From an uncultured Nitrospiraceae bacterium (lineage in GTDB: Bacteria; Nitrospirota; Nitrospiria; Nitrospirales; Nitrospiraceae), in the NCBI GenBank assembly GCA_963706325.1, contig CAVPLT010000004.1, forward strand, positions 864,001 through 928,000: a stretch of 64,000 nt of DNA, written 5' to 3'. Shown in pieces: positions 28,934 through 38,795 of this stretch. The notes beneath the pieces were generated by a model. That model ran no database searches. It saw nothing but the letters and a program-made list of their open reading frames with translations, and had not been told where the DNA came from. Position numbers and translations under genes: made by a program. The number at the start of each line of letters is the position of its first letter. The first letter of the stretch is position 1.

Positions 28934-31900
28934 CTTGACGCCGATACCGGATCAGGCGTCCCGTATCGCTGCCGCCACCACCTTCGATCGTAATGTGGTG
29001 GTGATCGCCGGAGCGGGTACGGGGAAAACAACTCTGCTCGTCAATCGGCTCCTGTACCTGCTCATGCGCCGGTCCGATCCGCTTGATCTCTCACATATTG
29101 TCGCCTTGACCTTCACAAACAAGGCCGCTGCCGAAATGAAACTTCGCTTGCGGGAGCGGCTTCGCGCGTTAGTGAACGCAGAGGGCCGCGACAACCTTCT
29201 CGCCGGCAGCGGAGGCGTCTCCATCGCCGACTTCCGCGCGCGATATGGCTGGACGACCGACGAGATTGTGGCCAGGGCGGAGGCCGCTTTTCGCGAAGTC
29301 GAAAAGGCCCAGATCGGAACACTCCACAGTTTTGCGGCGCATTTGCTTCGTCTCTATCCCATCGAAGCCGGCGTGACGCCGACATTTGGAACGGATGAGG
29401 ACGGGTCGCGGTTCGACGACCATTTTACCCACGAGTGGGATCTCTGGCTGGATCGGGAGTTGGGGCTAACCGGCGGCAATCATGAGAGTTGGAAGATGGT
29501 ACTGGGCCTGTTCACCCTCGATGACCTTCGTGAGTTAGCTTACAGCCTGCACAGTGATCTGATCGATCTTGAAGGCCTGACCAGACAGGTCGGGGAGCCC
29601 AATCTCAGTCCCGGGCTGCGCGAATGGTTCACTCGCCGGCAGGCTCAGGCCGAAGATCTGCTGGCGCGGTATGATGGCCCGAAACGGAGAAAAGTCGAAC
29701 AGATGCTGGCCGCGATCGCGGAACTTTGCGGCAGGCTGCTGTCTCAAGGCTTGAACGGCCTACAGGACCTCCCACGTGAAACGCAGGAGCTGCTGGCCAA
29801 AGATCTCGGCGCGGCTCCCGCAGGATGGACTGATACGGATTTCGCTGACGCGGAGGCCCTGCAGCGTATCGCGAAGCGATTATTCAAGGTCAACCAAACG
29901 CTGCTGGAGAAGCTGCTGACGCTGCTCTCGCCCTTCGTGCAGGCGGTACGAAAATCTTTTTTGAATTCCGGTTGGCTCACCTTCGACGGGTTGTTAGGCA
30001 AGGCCCGCACGTTGCTCCGGGATCATCCGGCGATCCGTGAACAATTGAAACGCGACTACCGCGCGCTGCTCGTCGATGAGTTTCAAGATACGGATCCCGT
30101 GCAATATGAGATCGTGCTGTATCTTGCCGAGCGGGTAGGCACGCAAGCCACCACTTGGCGCGACGCTGAACTTGAAGCGGGAAAACTGTTTATTGTCGGC
30201 GATCCTAAACAATCGATTTACGCATTTCGTCGCGCCGATATTGAAGCCTTTGAGCATGTCGTCGACCGAATGGAGCGCAGCGGCGCGCTCCGTTGTGAGC
30301 TGGCGACCAACTTTCGCAGCCATGCTCAGGTTCTTGACGTGGTGAACGGGGTGTTCAACGCATTGCTGGTGGCGCAACCCTCCATCCAGCCTCCCAACGT
30401 TCCGCTCAGGGTTCAACCGAACCGATCGAGTCAGTTTCGCAATCCCGGTGTTGAACTTCGCTTGGTCACGACGGAAGACGATGACGACTTGGACTCTGCC
30501 GCGGCGACCAGGGTTGAAGCCGAGCAGATTGCGCTCCTCATCGATCGATTACTGCAGCCGGCTGAACATGAATCCACGTCGACCCAATCAGATCATGCGC
30601 TGCGTCCGGGTCATATCGCGCTTCTGTTCCGGAAACTGACGCAGGCCGAGCATTATCTGGAAGCCCTTCGCCGGCACGACATTGCCTACATTATCGACGG
30701 AGAAAAGCATTTCTACCGTCGTCAAGAAGTCATCGATTTGGTCAACATTCTTCGCTGCATCGAGAGTCCTCATGATCACATTGCCCTGGCGGGCGTATTG
30801 CGCTCGGCGATCGGAGGCTTGCCCGATTCGGCATTGCTCTCGCTGCAGAAGATGAACGCCTTGGACTATCGCCGGATTGATCGACTGACGGCCTGGGTCA
30901 GTCCGCATGCCGAGCCGCTCCGTCGCCTCTATGGGGCTCTCTTGCGGCTCCATGCACAAGCGCCTCGTTGTCCATTGCCGGAGGCGGTGAGCCTCGTCTT
31001 TCAGCAGCTGCCGGTGTTGGAGTTGGCGGCGGCGTCTCTGCACGGAGAACAGGCGGTCGCCAATTTACTCAAAGTTCGCCAGATGGCGGCAGAGCTGGCC
31101 GATCGTCCCGCGCTGACCCTGACGGGGTTCGTGGAGTTACTGCTTGAGCGGCTTACGGAGCAACCGGAGGAAGCCGAAAGTGCTCTGGCGGAGGACACCC
31201 TCGATGCGGTGCGGGTCATGACTATCCATAAGGCGAAGGGGTTGGAGTTTCCACTGGTGATACTGGGCGGGTTACATCACGGGGACGGAGTCGGTCGTGG
31301 CCCCTCGCGCCCGCTTCTCTGGCACGATTGGTCCACCGGCGTGCAGGGCCTCGACCTGGGCGACCATTGCAGTCTGGGTGCGATCCTGGTGGCGGAGAAA
31401 GCCCGAACACGTGAACAGGCGGAACGGAGCCGGCTGTTCTATGTCGGAATGACGCGCGCGCGCGAGTCCCTGGTCCTATCCGGAGCTCTGCCTCGACGAC
31501 GGGCAGGCGGCGCCCTCATCGAGCTGTTGCAGCAGGCCACCGGAACGGAGCTCGGTCGGTCTGATCAGTCGAATATTCCAGTCGGTCACGTCGGCCTGCG
31601 CCAAACTCTTCTTCAGGGCGATGATCGGCCGCCCGACAGGCCACGCGCGCAGCCGGTCGTGTTGGAAGCCGGGGTGATCGAAATGTCACACGATGTGCGC
31701 TGGGAACAGCGTGATCAGCAATGGAACGTGCAAACGGCAATGCCCCTCTTGGTCTCGGCCACCGCTTCACTCTCCAGTGAGAGTCAAGTGAAGGCACCTA
31801 AACCAAGGACCGCAGGTCGAGCGGGCCTAGGACTGGCGATAGGGACAACCTCCCACCGCCTTCTGCAGTATTGGGACTTCAACGACGATGCATCGGCGCA

Positions 31901-32315
31901 ATTGGCGCTGATCAATCGGCAGTCCCTGGTATTGGTAAAGGAGCACGACGAGGCCACACAAGAGGTCATTGTTGAGGAGGTGCGCGACCTCCTGCGCGCC
32001 TTTGTGCAATCCCCAGTGTATGAGCGGTTGCGACGGGCGACCGTCGTTGGGCGCGAAGTGCCCTTTCTCATGCCGTGGAACGAGGGCCGACAGGTGATGG
32101 AAGGGGTCATCGACCTACTCTATCGATTGAATGGGGAACTCTGGATTGCCGACTACAAGACGGATATGATCCCGCTCGATCAGATTGCGGAGCGGGCGGA
32201 ACGTTATCGGGAACAGGCACGACTTTATCGGATGGCGGTGGAGCAATCGCTGGGGTCACCCATTGCGGGATTTGAGTTCATATTCCTGCGGCACGGCACG
32301 GCGGTGAGGTGGTGA
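28926..32315 (+). CDS. addA: AddA-like UvrD-family helicase/nuclease
   Basis: AGAGTGKT, TFTNKAA, VDEFQDT, VGDPKQSIYAFR, NFRS, TIHKAKGLEF, YVGMTRA, and a C-terminal GVIDLL..DYKTD nuclease. Confidence 0.92.
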   Translation: MTDLTPIPDQASRIAAATTFDRNVVVIAGAGTGKTTLLVNRLLYLLMRRSDPLDLSHIVALTFTNKAAAEMKLRLRERLRALVNAEGRDNLLAGSGGVSIADFRARYGWTTDEIVARAEAAFREVEKAQIGTLHSFAAHLLRLYPIEAGVTPTFGTDEDGSRFDDHFTHEWDLWLDRELGLTGGNHESWKMVLGLFTLDDLRELAYSLHSDLIDLEGLTRQVGEPNLSPGLREWFTRRQAQAEDLLARYDGPKRRKVEQMLAAIAELCGRLLSQGLNGLQDLPRETQELLAKDLGAAPAGWTDTDFADAEALQRIAKRLFKVNQTLLEKLLTLLSPFVQAVRKSFLNSGWLTFDGLLGKARTLLRDHPAIREQLKRDYRALLVDEFQDTDPVQYEIVLYLAERVGTQATTWRDAELEAGKLFIVGDPKQSIYAFRRADIEAFEHVVDRMERSGALRCELATNFRSHAQVLDVVNGVFNALLVAQPSIQPPNVPLRVQPNRSSQFRNPGVELRLVTTEDDDDLDSAAATRVEAEQIALLIDRLLQPAEHESTSTQSDHALRPGHIALLFRKLTQAEHYLEALRRHDIAYIIDGEKHFYRRQEVIDLVNILRCIESPHDHIALAGVLRSAIGGLPDSALLSLQKMNALDYRRIDRLTAWVSPHAEPLRRLYGALLRLHAQAPRCPLPEAVSLVFQQLPVLELAAASLHGEQAVANLLKVRQMAAELADRPALTLTGFVELLLERLTEQPEEAESALAEDTLDAVRVMTIHKAKGLEFPLVILGGLHHGDGVGRGPSRPLLWHDWSTGVQGLDLGDHCSLGAILVAEKARTREQAERSRLFYVGMTRARESLVLSGALPRRRAGGALIELLQQATGTELGRSDQSNIPVGHVGLRQTLLQGDDRPPDRPRAQPVVLEAGVIEMSHDVRWEQRDQQWNVQTAMPLLVSATASLSSESQVKAPKPRTAGRAGLGLAIGTTSHRLLQYWDFNDDASAQLALINRQSLVLVKEHDEATQEVIVEEVRDLLRAFVQSPVYERLRRATVVGREVPFLMPWNEGRQVMEGVIDLLYRLNGELWIADYKTDMIPLDQIAERAERYREQARLYRMAVEQSLGSPIAGFEFIFLRHGTAVRW

Positions 32316-32330
32316 ACAAAGGAGGATGGG

Positions 32331-32735
32331 ATGAAGTCTCTCGTATGGGCAACGGTGTTAACGATCGCGCTGGTCGGTTGTGCCGCTCGACAGAAGGCAG
32401 AGATGCCGGCGCTCCACGCCCCGGCTGGAACCAGCGCCTTGGTGAGCCAACAGTTGGAACAGGGGAACCAGTTGTTCGCGCAGCATGATTGGACAGCTGC
32501 CAAGCAGGTTTATCTTGCAACGATCCAAGCCGATTCGACCGTGGCGGAAGCCCACTACAACCTGGCCTTGGCGCTGGAGCGATTGGGCGAGAAGGCCGAG
32601 GCGAGGAAACACTACGTTACCGCCGCCAATCTGGCGCCCGGCAATAAGGTCATCTGGGACGCTCCGCCGCTTCGAAAGTTCGATAATGACATGGGGTTGG
32701 ACAAGAAGTCCTACATGGACGCCAAACCGCAATAG
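32331..32735 (+). CDS. TPR lipoprotein
   Basis: LVGC lipobox; AEAHYNLALAL TPR motif. Confidence 0.85.
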   Translation: MKSLVWATVLTIALVGCAARQKAEMPALHAPAGTSALVSQQLEQGNQLFAQHDWTAAKQVYLATIQADSTVAEAHYNLALALERLGEKAEARKHYVTAANLAPGNKVIWDAPPLRKFDNDMGLDKKSYMDAKPQ

Positions 32736-32757
32736 CGGCAGTCGGGGTGTTTTCTCG

Positions 32758-33591
32758 TCAGCGCTGGAGGACCGATTTGGGTGTAGTCTCGATCGCGCGC
32801 CTGCGTTGGCAGGCCATAGCCAGAATGATGGCTCCCGCCACAATCATGGGAATGCTCAGGAGCTGACCCATCGAGATCGTGCCGAAGACGAAGCCGATCT
32901 GCGCGTCCGGCTCGCGAAAAAACTCGACCACGATCCTGCAAAAACCGTATCCAATCAGGAATGCACCGAAGACTGTCCCCGGTGGCGGGAACCGCCGGGT
33001 GATGAGCCAGAGCAGGGTAAAGAGTAACAGTCCCTCCAGCAACGCTTCGTAGAGCTGGGACGGATGGCGGCAGGCCAAGCCTCCCGCGGGGAATACCATG
33101 CACCAATCTACGTCGGTGGGGCGGCCATAGAGTTCGCCGTTGATGAAATTGCCAATTCGCCCCAGTCCCAGACCGACCGGGGTCACCCCGGCGGCGAGGT
33201 CGGCGATGGTGAGCACTGTTATACCCTGCCGTTTTGCAAAGAGCACCAGCGCCACGATGGTCCCGATCAAGCCACCATGAAACGACATGCCGCCTTCCCA
33301 GACGGCGAAAATCTTGAGTGGATTCTCCAAATAGTAGGACAAGTTATAAAACAGCACATAGCCCAGCCGACCGCCGGCGAAGACCCCGACCGCCGCATAG
33401 ACGATCATGTCGTAGACCTGATCCTTGTTCATCGGGAGCTTTTGCGCCCTGGCCCTCGCCGCGATAATAAAATAGGCCAGGGTGAGTCCAATCAGATACA
33501 TCAACCCGTACCATCGGAACTGCAATGGGCCTAATCGCAGGAAAACCGGATCGATATCGGGGTAGGGGATGGCGCGCGACCACGACAACAT
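32758..33591 (-). CDS. lgt: Prolipoprotein diacylglyceryl transferase
   Basis: RWYGLMY, GRLGYVLFY, GGMSFHGG, GRIGNFINGELYGR, HPSQLYE and EFFREPD. Confidence 0.97.
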   Translation of the reverse strand: MLSWSRAIPYPDIDPVFLRLGPLQFRWYGLMYLIGLTLAYFIIAARARAQKLPMNKDQVYDMIVYAAVGVFAGGRLGYVLFYNLSYYLENPLKIFAVWEGGMSFHGGLIGTIVALVLFAKRQGITVLTIADLAAGVTPVGLGLGRIGNFINGELYGRPTDVDWCMVFPAGGLACRHPSQLYEALLEGLLLFTLLWLITRRFPPPGTVFGAFLIGYGFCRIVVEFFREPDAQIGFVFGTISMGQLLSIPMIVAGAIILAMACQRRRAIETTPKSVLQR

Positions 33592-33831
33592 AGTAGGACT
33601 CCACATAGTTTCGCGATCTTATGTGAGCAGAATCTGCATTGCAAGGTCGCCGGAGAAGCCGCGCGGGATAAGGGCTGGCAAGGGCTTCATGTTTTTCCCT
33701 ACGGCACCCTGTCGCTTTTCTGAAACGGTTGTCTCCTTCCATTGTTCACAAAACAGCACCCTTTGTGAGAAGTCTTTAACCTTTCGCTTCATAGGCGCAA
33801 GAATGTCCGGTCAATTCGTGTGTGGCCGCTG

Positions 33832-33847
33832 TGGCACGGTTGATGCT
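33832..33847 (+). promoter_or_regulatory. Sigma54 (-24/-12) promoter candidate
   Basis: TGGCACGGTTGATGCT has exact GG-N10-GC spacing and lies ~75 bp upstream of the YtxH-like gene. Confidence 0.6.
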
Positions 33848-33922
33848 GTACTGTATGCAGCAGTAGCTCTCGCCGGAGTGAGTGGACCGTAAACCTTGTT
33901 GCACTAAAGGGAGGAATTCGCG

Positions 33923-34174
33923 ATGTCTACCAAGGGGCGTGAAGCGGCAAAGATTGCAGCGATCATCGGAGGCGGCGCAGTGGTAGGGGCGGCGCTGGGA
34001 TTACTCCTGGCTCCAAAGGCGGGGGCGGAAACCAGGCGGGATGTCGTCCGGTATGCCAAGCGGGCGCAAGTTCAAGCCACCCGCTTGAGCCGATCGGTGA
34101 AGAGCGGCGTGACGACAATGGTGGAGCGCAGCAAAGCCTTGGTCAAAAAAGACGACCATAAGGTGGCCGCGTAA
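33923..34174 (+). CDS. YtxH domain protein
   Basis: GGAVVGAALGLLLAPKAGAETR motif; GGAGG SD. Confidence 0.88.
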   Translation: MSTKGREAAKIAAIIGGGAVVGAALGLLLAPKAGAETRRDVVRYAKRAQVQATRLSRSVKSGVTTMVERSKALVKKDDHKVAA

Positions 34175-34223
34175 GATTGGCCGAGTGTCTTCGATGTAAG
34201 TTCCGATAGCAGGATACTACGAT

Positions 34224-34247
34224 GGCCTGTCTCGCAAGAGACAGGCC
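34224..34247. terminator. Strong GNRA-capped hairpin after the ytxH-like gene (possible terminator)
   Basis: GGCCTGTCTC-GCAA-GAGACAGGCC; the U-tract is weak. Confidence 0.45.
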
Positions 34248-34407
34248 GTTGCCGTAGAGTAGGATAGATTGCACTGCAGTATGGGGGGATGGCGCAACGC
34301 TCCAAACTGATTTGACGCGAATGGCTTGAAAACTACTACCCACGCGTCAGTACAGACTCTCAAGATTCTGCCGCTACAGCTCCCGCCGATTCTTTCAGCC
34401 TTGACCA

Positions 34408-34444
34408 TTGACAGTCACAAGACCCGCTGATACCCTCGCGCCCC
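34408..34444 (+). promoter_or_regulatory. Sigma70 promoter of tRNA-Leu with a GC-rich discriminator
   Basis: TTGACA (34408-13), 17 bp spacer, TACCCT (34431-36) preceded by TGn, followed by CGCGCCCC. Confidence 0.65.
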
Positions 34445-34506
34445 AGTAGCCAGCATAGGTTGATAGCCGCCGTTTGCCGTCGAACGGTTGCCGACTATGG
34501 CAAGGG

Positions 34507-34593
34507 GCGGGAGTGGCGGAATCGGCAGACGCCCAGGACTTAAAATCCTGTGTCTGAAAAGGCGTGCGGGTTCAAGTCCCGCCTCCCGCACCA
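34507..34593 (+). tRNA. tRNA-Leu(TAA)
   Basis: Acceptor stem GCGGGAG/CTCCCGC-A-CCA, anticodon arm CAGGA-CTTAAAA-TCCTG, long variable arm, GGTTCAAGTCC T-arm. Confidence 0.97.
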
Positions 34594-34597
34594 AACA

Positions 34598-34672
34598 TAT
34601 CAGTGAGTTAGCCACGCGTCCCCCCGCCCTCCGCCTTTGTAAACGACACAATTGTCCCTTAAGTGTCCCGTA
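34598..34672. promoter_or_regulatory. IHF site and integrase arm-type repeats at the left att end
   Basis: TATCAGTGAGTTA (34598-610) fits WATCARNNNNTTR; TGTCCC occurs at 34653 and 34664. Confidence 0.6.
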
Positions 34673-34675
34673 CTT

Positions 34676-35470
34676 CTACTTGTTGGGCATAAAATGCCGC
34701 CAGTGGGCCACTCCAACGCGCAAGTCTCGATTGTCCACGATGCTGTACCGCCGAAACATAGACGGGGTCTTGTGTCCGAGCAAACTCATGCACACCGATT
34801 CCGGCACGCCCGCCTGTCGCAGTGATCGGGCCGAGCATCGGCGAAAGTCATGCACCCGTCGGCCAGCGAGTCCAGCCTTGTTCCGGGCATTGACCCACGC
34901 GGTTTTGTAACTCTTGATAGGACACACCGCCGTGCTCGTCACCCGATAAAACACCCAGGGAATCACGACTCCGCGTGTGCGCTGTAACTGTTGCGTGGCC
35001 TCCCAACGAGCCTGAAACAAGGCCAGCAACTCAGGAAATTGCCCAATAGGATATTCGCGCCCGTCTCCGTTTTTCGTAAAGCCAACGGGGAGGGTAATGA
35101 GCCCGGCCTTGAGGTCCACGTGCTTCCACTGGAGCGGCAACAGTTCAGATTGTGCACGCCATCCCATGAGATACGCCGCCGTCATGACCGGCTTGAGCGG
35201 TGCTGGCAAGCGGTCCACCAGCGCGTGAAACTCCTCCTCGCTGAACCATTCCGTGCGGATATTGTTCGGGACAATCGTCGGGAAACCCGGTGTAGGCACC
35301 TTCAGCAAACGGAAGGCATATTTCAGCACCCGCAACTCGTAGACGATCGTGGCATGGGCCCGACCCAGGGCCAGCCGTTCATCGACATACTCCAGGATAC
35401 GGCTATCGGTCATCGCACCAGTTTTCCAACCTGCAAATTTGACCGCGAGCGCCTGAAAGGCGTCCTGCAT
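34676..35470 (-). CDS. Tyrosine integrase 1, apparently N-terminally truncated
   Basis: Catalytic set GWR..E, TKNG, HDFRR and GH...RRY is intact. An in-frame stop lies 10 codons upstream of the ATG. Confidence 0.9.
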   Translation of the reverse strand: MQDAFQALAVKFAGWKTGAMTDSRILEYVDERLALGRAHATIVYELRVLKYAFRLLKVPTPGFPTIVPNNIRTEWFSEEEFHALVDRLPAPLKPVMTAAYLMGWRAQSELLPLQWKHVDLKAGLITLPVGFTKNGDGREYPIGQFPELLALFQARWEATQQLQRTRGVVIPWVFYRVTSTAVCPIKSYKTAWVNARNKAGLAGRRVHDFRRCSARSLRQAGVPESVCMSLLGHKTPSMFRRYSIVDNRDLRVGVAHWRHFMPNK

Positions 35471-35656
35471 TCGGTCGAACGAGGCGCGGTCGTTGAGTCA
35501 GCGCACGCACAAAATCCGGGGAGAGGTGATGTTTGCTGTTTGGCGGTGAGTGATTTACAGTTTCCATGCGCATGGGTTCCTTTCCGTGATTTTGAGCCGG
35601 TCGGGGAGTGTTCACCTCCTCGCCGGCCTTTTTTGTTAGATCGTGTCATTGCTTTA

Positions 35657-35860
35657 TCAGCCCGCTGTCACGCCATTCCTGAGCGCCTGCCGGACTTCTG
35701 TAATCGAGAACCGCAAGCCTCGGCCTTTCACCCCGACCTTGTAGGTAGGAATGCGGCCCGCCTTGACCATCTTGTAGAAAGTCGCTTTCGGCATCCCCTG
35801 CGCGCTCGCGCACACTTCCGCCTTAACCAGCGGTTCATCCCCAATTTGCTCCGGCTCCAT
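35657..35860 (-). CDS. Excisionase-like HTH protein
   Basis: 67 aa, AEVC...GMPKATFYKMVKAGRIPTYKVG....LRF; AGGAGG SD; directly upstream of the integrase. Confidence 0.8.
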   Translation of the reverse strand: MEPEQIGDEPLVKAEVCASAQGMPKATFYKMVKAGRIPTYKVGVKGRGLRFSITEVRQALRNGVTAG

Positions 35861-36140
35861 AAGTCCTCCTTGGTTCCTGCCCGTTCATCTTGTGGAACGC
35901 AGTGTTCCTCCGTGAGAGCATAAGGCGGAAAGGAAGCGGGAGTGTGTCATTGCCTAAACTGAAAAGGGAATCTGAAATTTTAGGCGACAGTCAGCGGAGG
36001 GGATTGGTATCAACGAGAAGAGGAGCTCTTGCCTTTTAATTTGGCGAGAAGCATAGAAGGATCATGTTGCGGGTCTCCTTCCTGGGGGGCGAACGCAATA
36101 TGAGGATCGTCCGGAGTTTCATTCAAGATGTCTGTTGATT

Positions 36141-36437
36141 TTAGTCGTGCATCAACAATCCCTTAGATCCTTTGATTATGGCGTCCCGCCATTGGGGATT
36201 CACGCCTTTTGCTCTTATTTCAGCATACTTGTACTCAGGATCGGCTAAATACGCATCGGGCTCCAGGCGGTCTAGAGCAGATTCATAGGTGGTTGCTCGG
36301 TAGTCGGCGCGCACTCGATTGACTGTGCTGAGCGATACCTTCAGGTCCTTGGCAATCTTTTCGACGGGATCCTTGAGGGCTATTCTTTTGGATATCGATC
36401 GAACCTGACGAATTGTGATCTTTGGGCCCTGCGGCAT
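36141..36437 (-). CDS. Small HTH DNA-binding protein
   Basis: EKIAKDLKVSLSTVNRVR HTH; AGGAGG SD. Confidence 0.65.
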   Translation of the reverse strand: MPQGPKITIRQVRSISKRIALKDPVEKIAKDLKVSLSTVNRVRADYRATTYESALDRLEPDAYLADPEYKYAEIRAKGVNPQWRDAIIKGSKGLLMHD

Positions 36438-36474
36438 GTTCCCTCCTGTGGGGTCCTGGAAAGGGAGCATTATT

Positions 36475-36747
36475 TTAAAACCATTTTTTCACATTTGGTC
36501 GGCGATGAGGACAACCTGGCCAACAACATGGCCGGCGTTTACCCTTGATAAGGTCATTGCGAGTCCTCTCGATTCGGAGCCGACGCGTCTCCGGCTTTTT
36601 CGCCGAGGTAACCCAGCAAATCCACTCGTTACGTGCAAGCGGCGTAATATCCTTCCACGCAGCTTTAGCCGTAGGTGTTGAAGAAAGGACCTTGCGCAAG
36701 TCCATTGGCATTCTATGCAGTACGCCAGCACCGTTTTCTTTCTTCAT
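36475..36747 (-). CDS. YdeI/OmpD-associated family protein
   Basis: PMDLRKVL...W..ITPLARNEWICWVTSAKKPETR..RI...RRPCCWPGC.HR. Confidence 0.85.
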   Translation of the reverse strand: MKKENGAGVLHRMPMDLRKVLSSTPTAKAAWKDITPLARNEWICWVTSAKKPETRRLRIERTRNDLIKGKRRPCCWPGCPHRRPNVKKWF

Positions 36748-37041
36748 GAGATTAATTCTAAGGCGTTAACTCACTTCAAGGCAAAGTCTCTGAGGCTACC
36801 GGACTAACGGTGCCAATCTAAATCCAGCACGCGCGACCTTGAGGCTTTATCGGGTGAATGGACACGATGAAATTCGCGAACGACTTGGCACTGAGTCACC
36901 GAACAGCTGGGTTGTCCATCGTTCTCCTAGTTAGGACGGCACCTCACCGGGGCCCCTCGATCGCGTCCTGCTTACGTGACACTCCACCGTGGTTTCAGAT
37001 ATCCTCAGCCCGTTATCCAATCAAAGCCGAAAGGTCAGGAC

Positions 37042-37263
37042 GTGAAACAGTTGTTGGCCGGACTTCGCGTCATTCTGAACATCGTTGGCGGTCTTTGTTT
37101 GGCCCTTGCAGCGGTGATGTCCTTTACCGAATGCACCGGCGGTCAGGTCCGTGGTTCAGATGACCAGTATCATTATCTCTCGTTCATAGGCCTCATCGCT
37201 GGGGGAATCATCTGCATAGTGGGTGCAGGATTGCTCTCTGATAAGCTGAAGGAATTTCCTTAG
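37042..37263 (+). CDS. Small two-TM hypothetical protein
   Basis: Two hydrophobic segments; GTG start after an AGGA SD-like sequence. Confidence 0.5.
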   Translation: MKQLLAGLRVILNIVGGLCLALAAVMSFTECTGGQVRGSDDQYHYLSFIGLIAGGIICIVGAGLLSDKLKEFP

Positions 37264-37265
37264 CC

Positions 37266-38399
37266 CTATCCCGACCACTCCATCCGGTCGCGTGCATCGT
37301 AGGCGGTCGGCTGAACTGCAGCCGGTGGCACTGGTATCGCCGCCTTCACCTCCGCACCTCCTCCGCCCAACAGAAATCGTGAGTGGTCCTGCACCGCGAG
37401 TTCCACCGTCTGAGGCATGGTTTGGCAGTACACGGCCGTATATTGAAAGTTGGAATGGGACAAAATCCTTATTGAGATCGTCCCCAGATTGACCCCACGA
37501 TTCATCATAATCGTGGCACAACTGCGACGCATATCGTAGAGCCACAGGTCATGAATGTTGATTCGCCGACAGACGCGCTGCCACGACTTATTGACAAGAT
37601 CGTAGGACACCGGACCTGGCCTGACGCGTCTGCAATGCGTCAAGTCGCCGGGGAATACCCAGTCCTCTGACAAGCGGTCCAGCTGCTGAAACCTCGTGAT
37701 CAGCTCAATGGGAAGGGGCATGATATGGCCGGCGCCTGTTTTCGTCGTAGGCTTGCTCCACCGGCCTCGCCACACCAGTACACCCTGCGCATTAGGCTCT
37801 TGCCAGAACTTAATGTCCTTCCATTTGGCTGCCAACGCCTCGCCAGGCCGACAGCCGCATACGAGCGTCAACAAAAAGATCAGCTGAAATTGCAGGGGCT
37901 CTTGGTCAATCGAGGCCAGCAGAAGCGGGAGTTCCTCATATTGCACAAAGCGCTTTCTGGCTTTATTGCCGGGAAACTTTTTCATGCCCACAACGGGATT
38001 GGCCGACTCAAACCATCCAAACTCAATCAGTTTGTTGTAAATGAGTTTTAGCTCGGCGAGGGACTCGTTCGCTTGCGCATGACTCTTGGTGCCTAATAAT
38101 TGGAACCATGGCGTGAGGGTGCGCCGAGTGATAGCGTTCGGATCCAGGTCGAGCAGTTCGGTAAATTTGCGCCGCAAGCGCGACACTCGATTTCGACAGT
38201 CCTTCACCGTGGACAGGTGATATCGGCGAAAGATCTCAAACCATTCCCGCAACCGCCAGGCCAACCGGCAGCGCTCCTGCATGACGGTATCCGTCACCAC
38301 AGGAAACCGCCGGCCCGCCAAGCAGTCCGCCTCATACTGGGCGCGATCGACTTTGGGATCGATCGTCGAGGGTCCAGGGAGTGTGCATGGCGCGTACAT
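37266..38399 (-). CDS. Tyrosine recombinase/integrase 2
   Basis: GCRPGE....W.DI, TKTG, YDMRRS (H to Y in HxxR), and LSH....T.VY. Confidence 0.88.
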   Translation of the reverse strand: MYAPCTLPGPSTIDPKVDRAQYEADCLAGRRFPVVTDTVMQERCRLAWRLREWFEIFRRYHLSTVKDCRNRVSRLRRKFTELLDLDPNAITRRTLTPWFQLLGTKSHAQANESLAELKLIYNKLIEFGWFESANPVVGMKKFPGNKARKRFVQYEELPLLLASIDQEPLQFQLIFLLTLVCGCRPGEALAAKWKDIKFWQEPNAQGVLVWRGRWSKPTTKTGAGHIMPLPIELITRFQQLDRLSEDWVFPGDLTHCRRVRPGPVSYDLVNKSWQRVCRRINIHDLWLYDMRRSCATIMMNRGVNLGTISIRILSHSNFQYTAVYCQTMPQTVELAVQDHSRFLLGGGGAEVKAAIPVPPAAVQPTAYDARDRMEWSG

Positions 38400-38404
38400 G
38401 CTAC

Positions 38405-38698
38405 TTAGTTCAGGCTGTCCTCGGTCTGCTCTTCCTCAGCGGTGCATCTGGTCATCACTACTTTGACCAGGTAGGTATTTGGATTGGTCTCGCGCAAGCG
38501 CGTCAATTCATCCAGCGCTTCGGCTTTGGTGTCCGCAGTATGTCCGGTTGGATTAAACGGCCCGCCATAATAATGCTCGGTCGGGCGACATTTACTGCCT
38601 TGTTTGTGAAACCTGCTTACTTGCCTGTCAGTTTTGCCAGTAGACAAGTCTAGGGCCCACACATACAATTCTGTCACTAATATCATTGCCACCAACAC
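38405..38698 (-). CDS. Hypothetical protein upstream of integrase 2
   Basis: ORF ends 5 bp before the integrase start; no recognisable motif. Confidence 0.4.
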   Translation of the reverse strand: MLVAMILVTELYVWALDLSTGKTDRQVSRFHKQGSKCRPTEHYYGGPFNPTGHTADTKAEALDELTRLRETNPNTYLVKVVMTRCTAEEEQTEDSLN

Positions 38699-38795
38699 AC
38701 TCTTCGACAGCCATGCCCGCCCTCAGCGGTCACGCGATTCAGGCATTCAATGTTCCGGATGCCGCAACTGAATAGCTTTGACAAGGAGAAGTTTC

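Noticed and set aside
34415..34910. ORFs 34415-34651(-) and 34488-34910(+), and 56017-56229(+)
   Set aside because: These are spurious translations of the tRNA/att sequence and of the integrase antisense strand.
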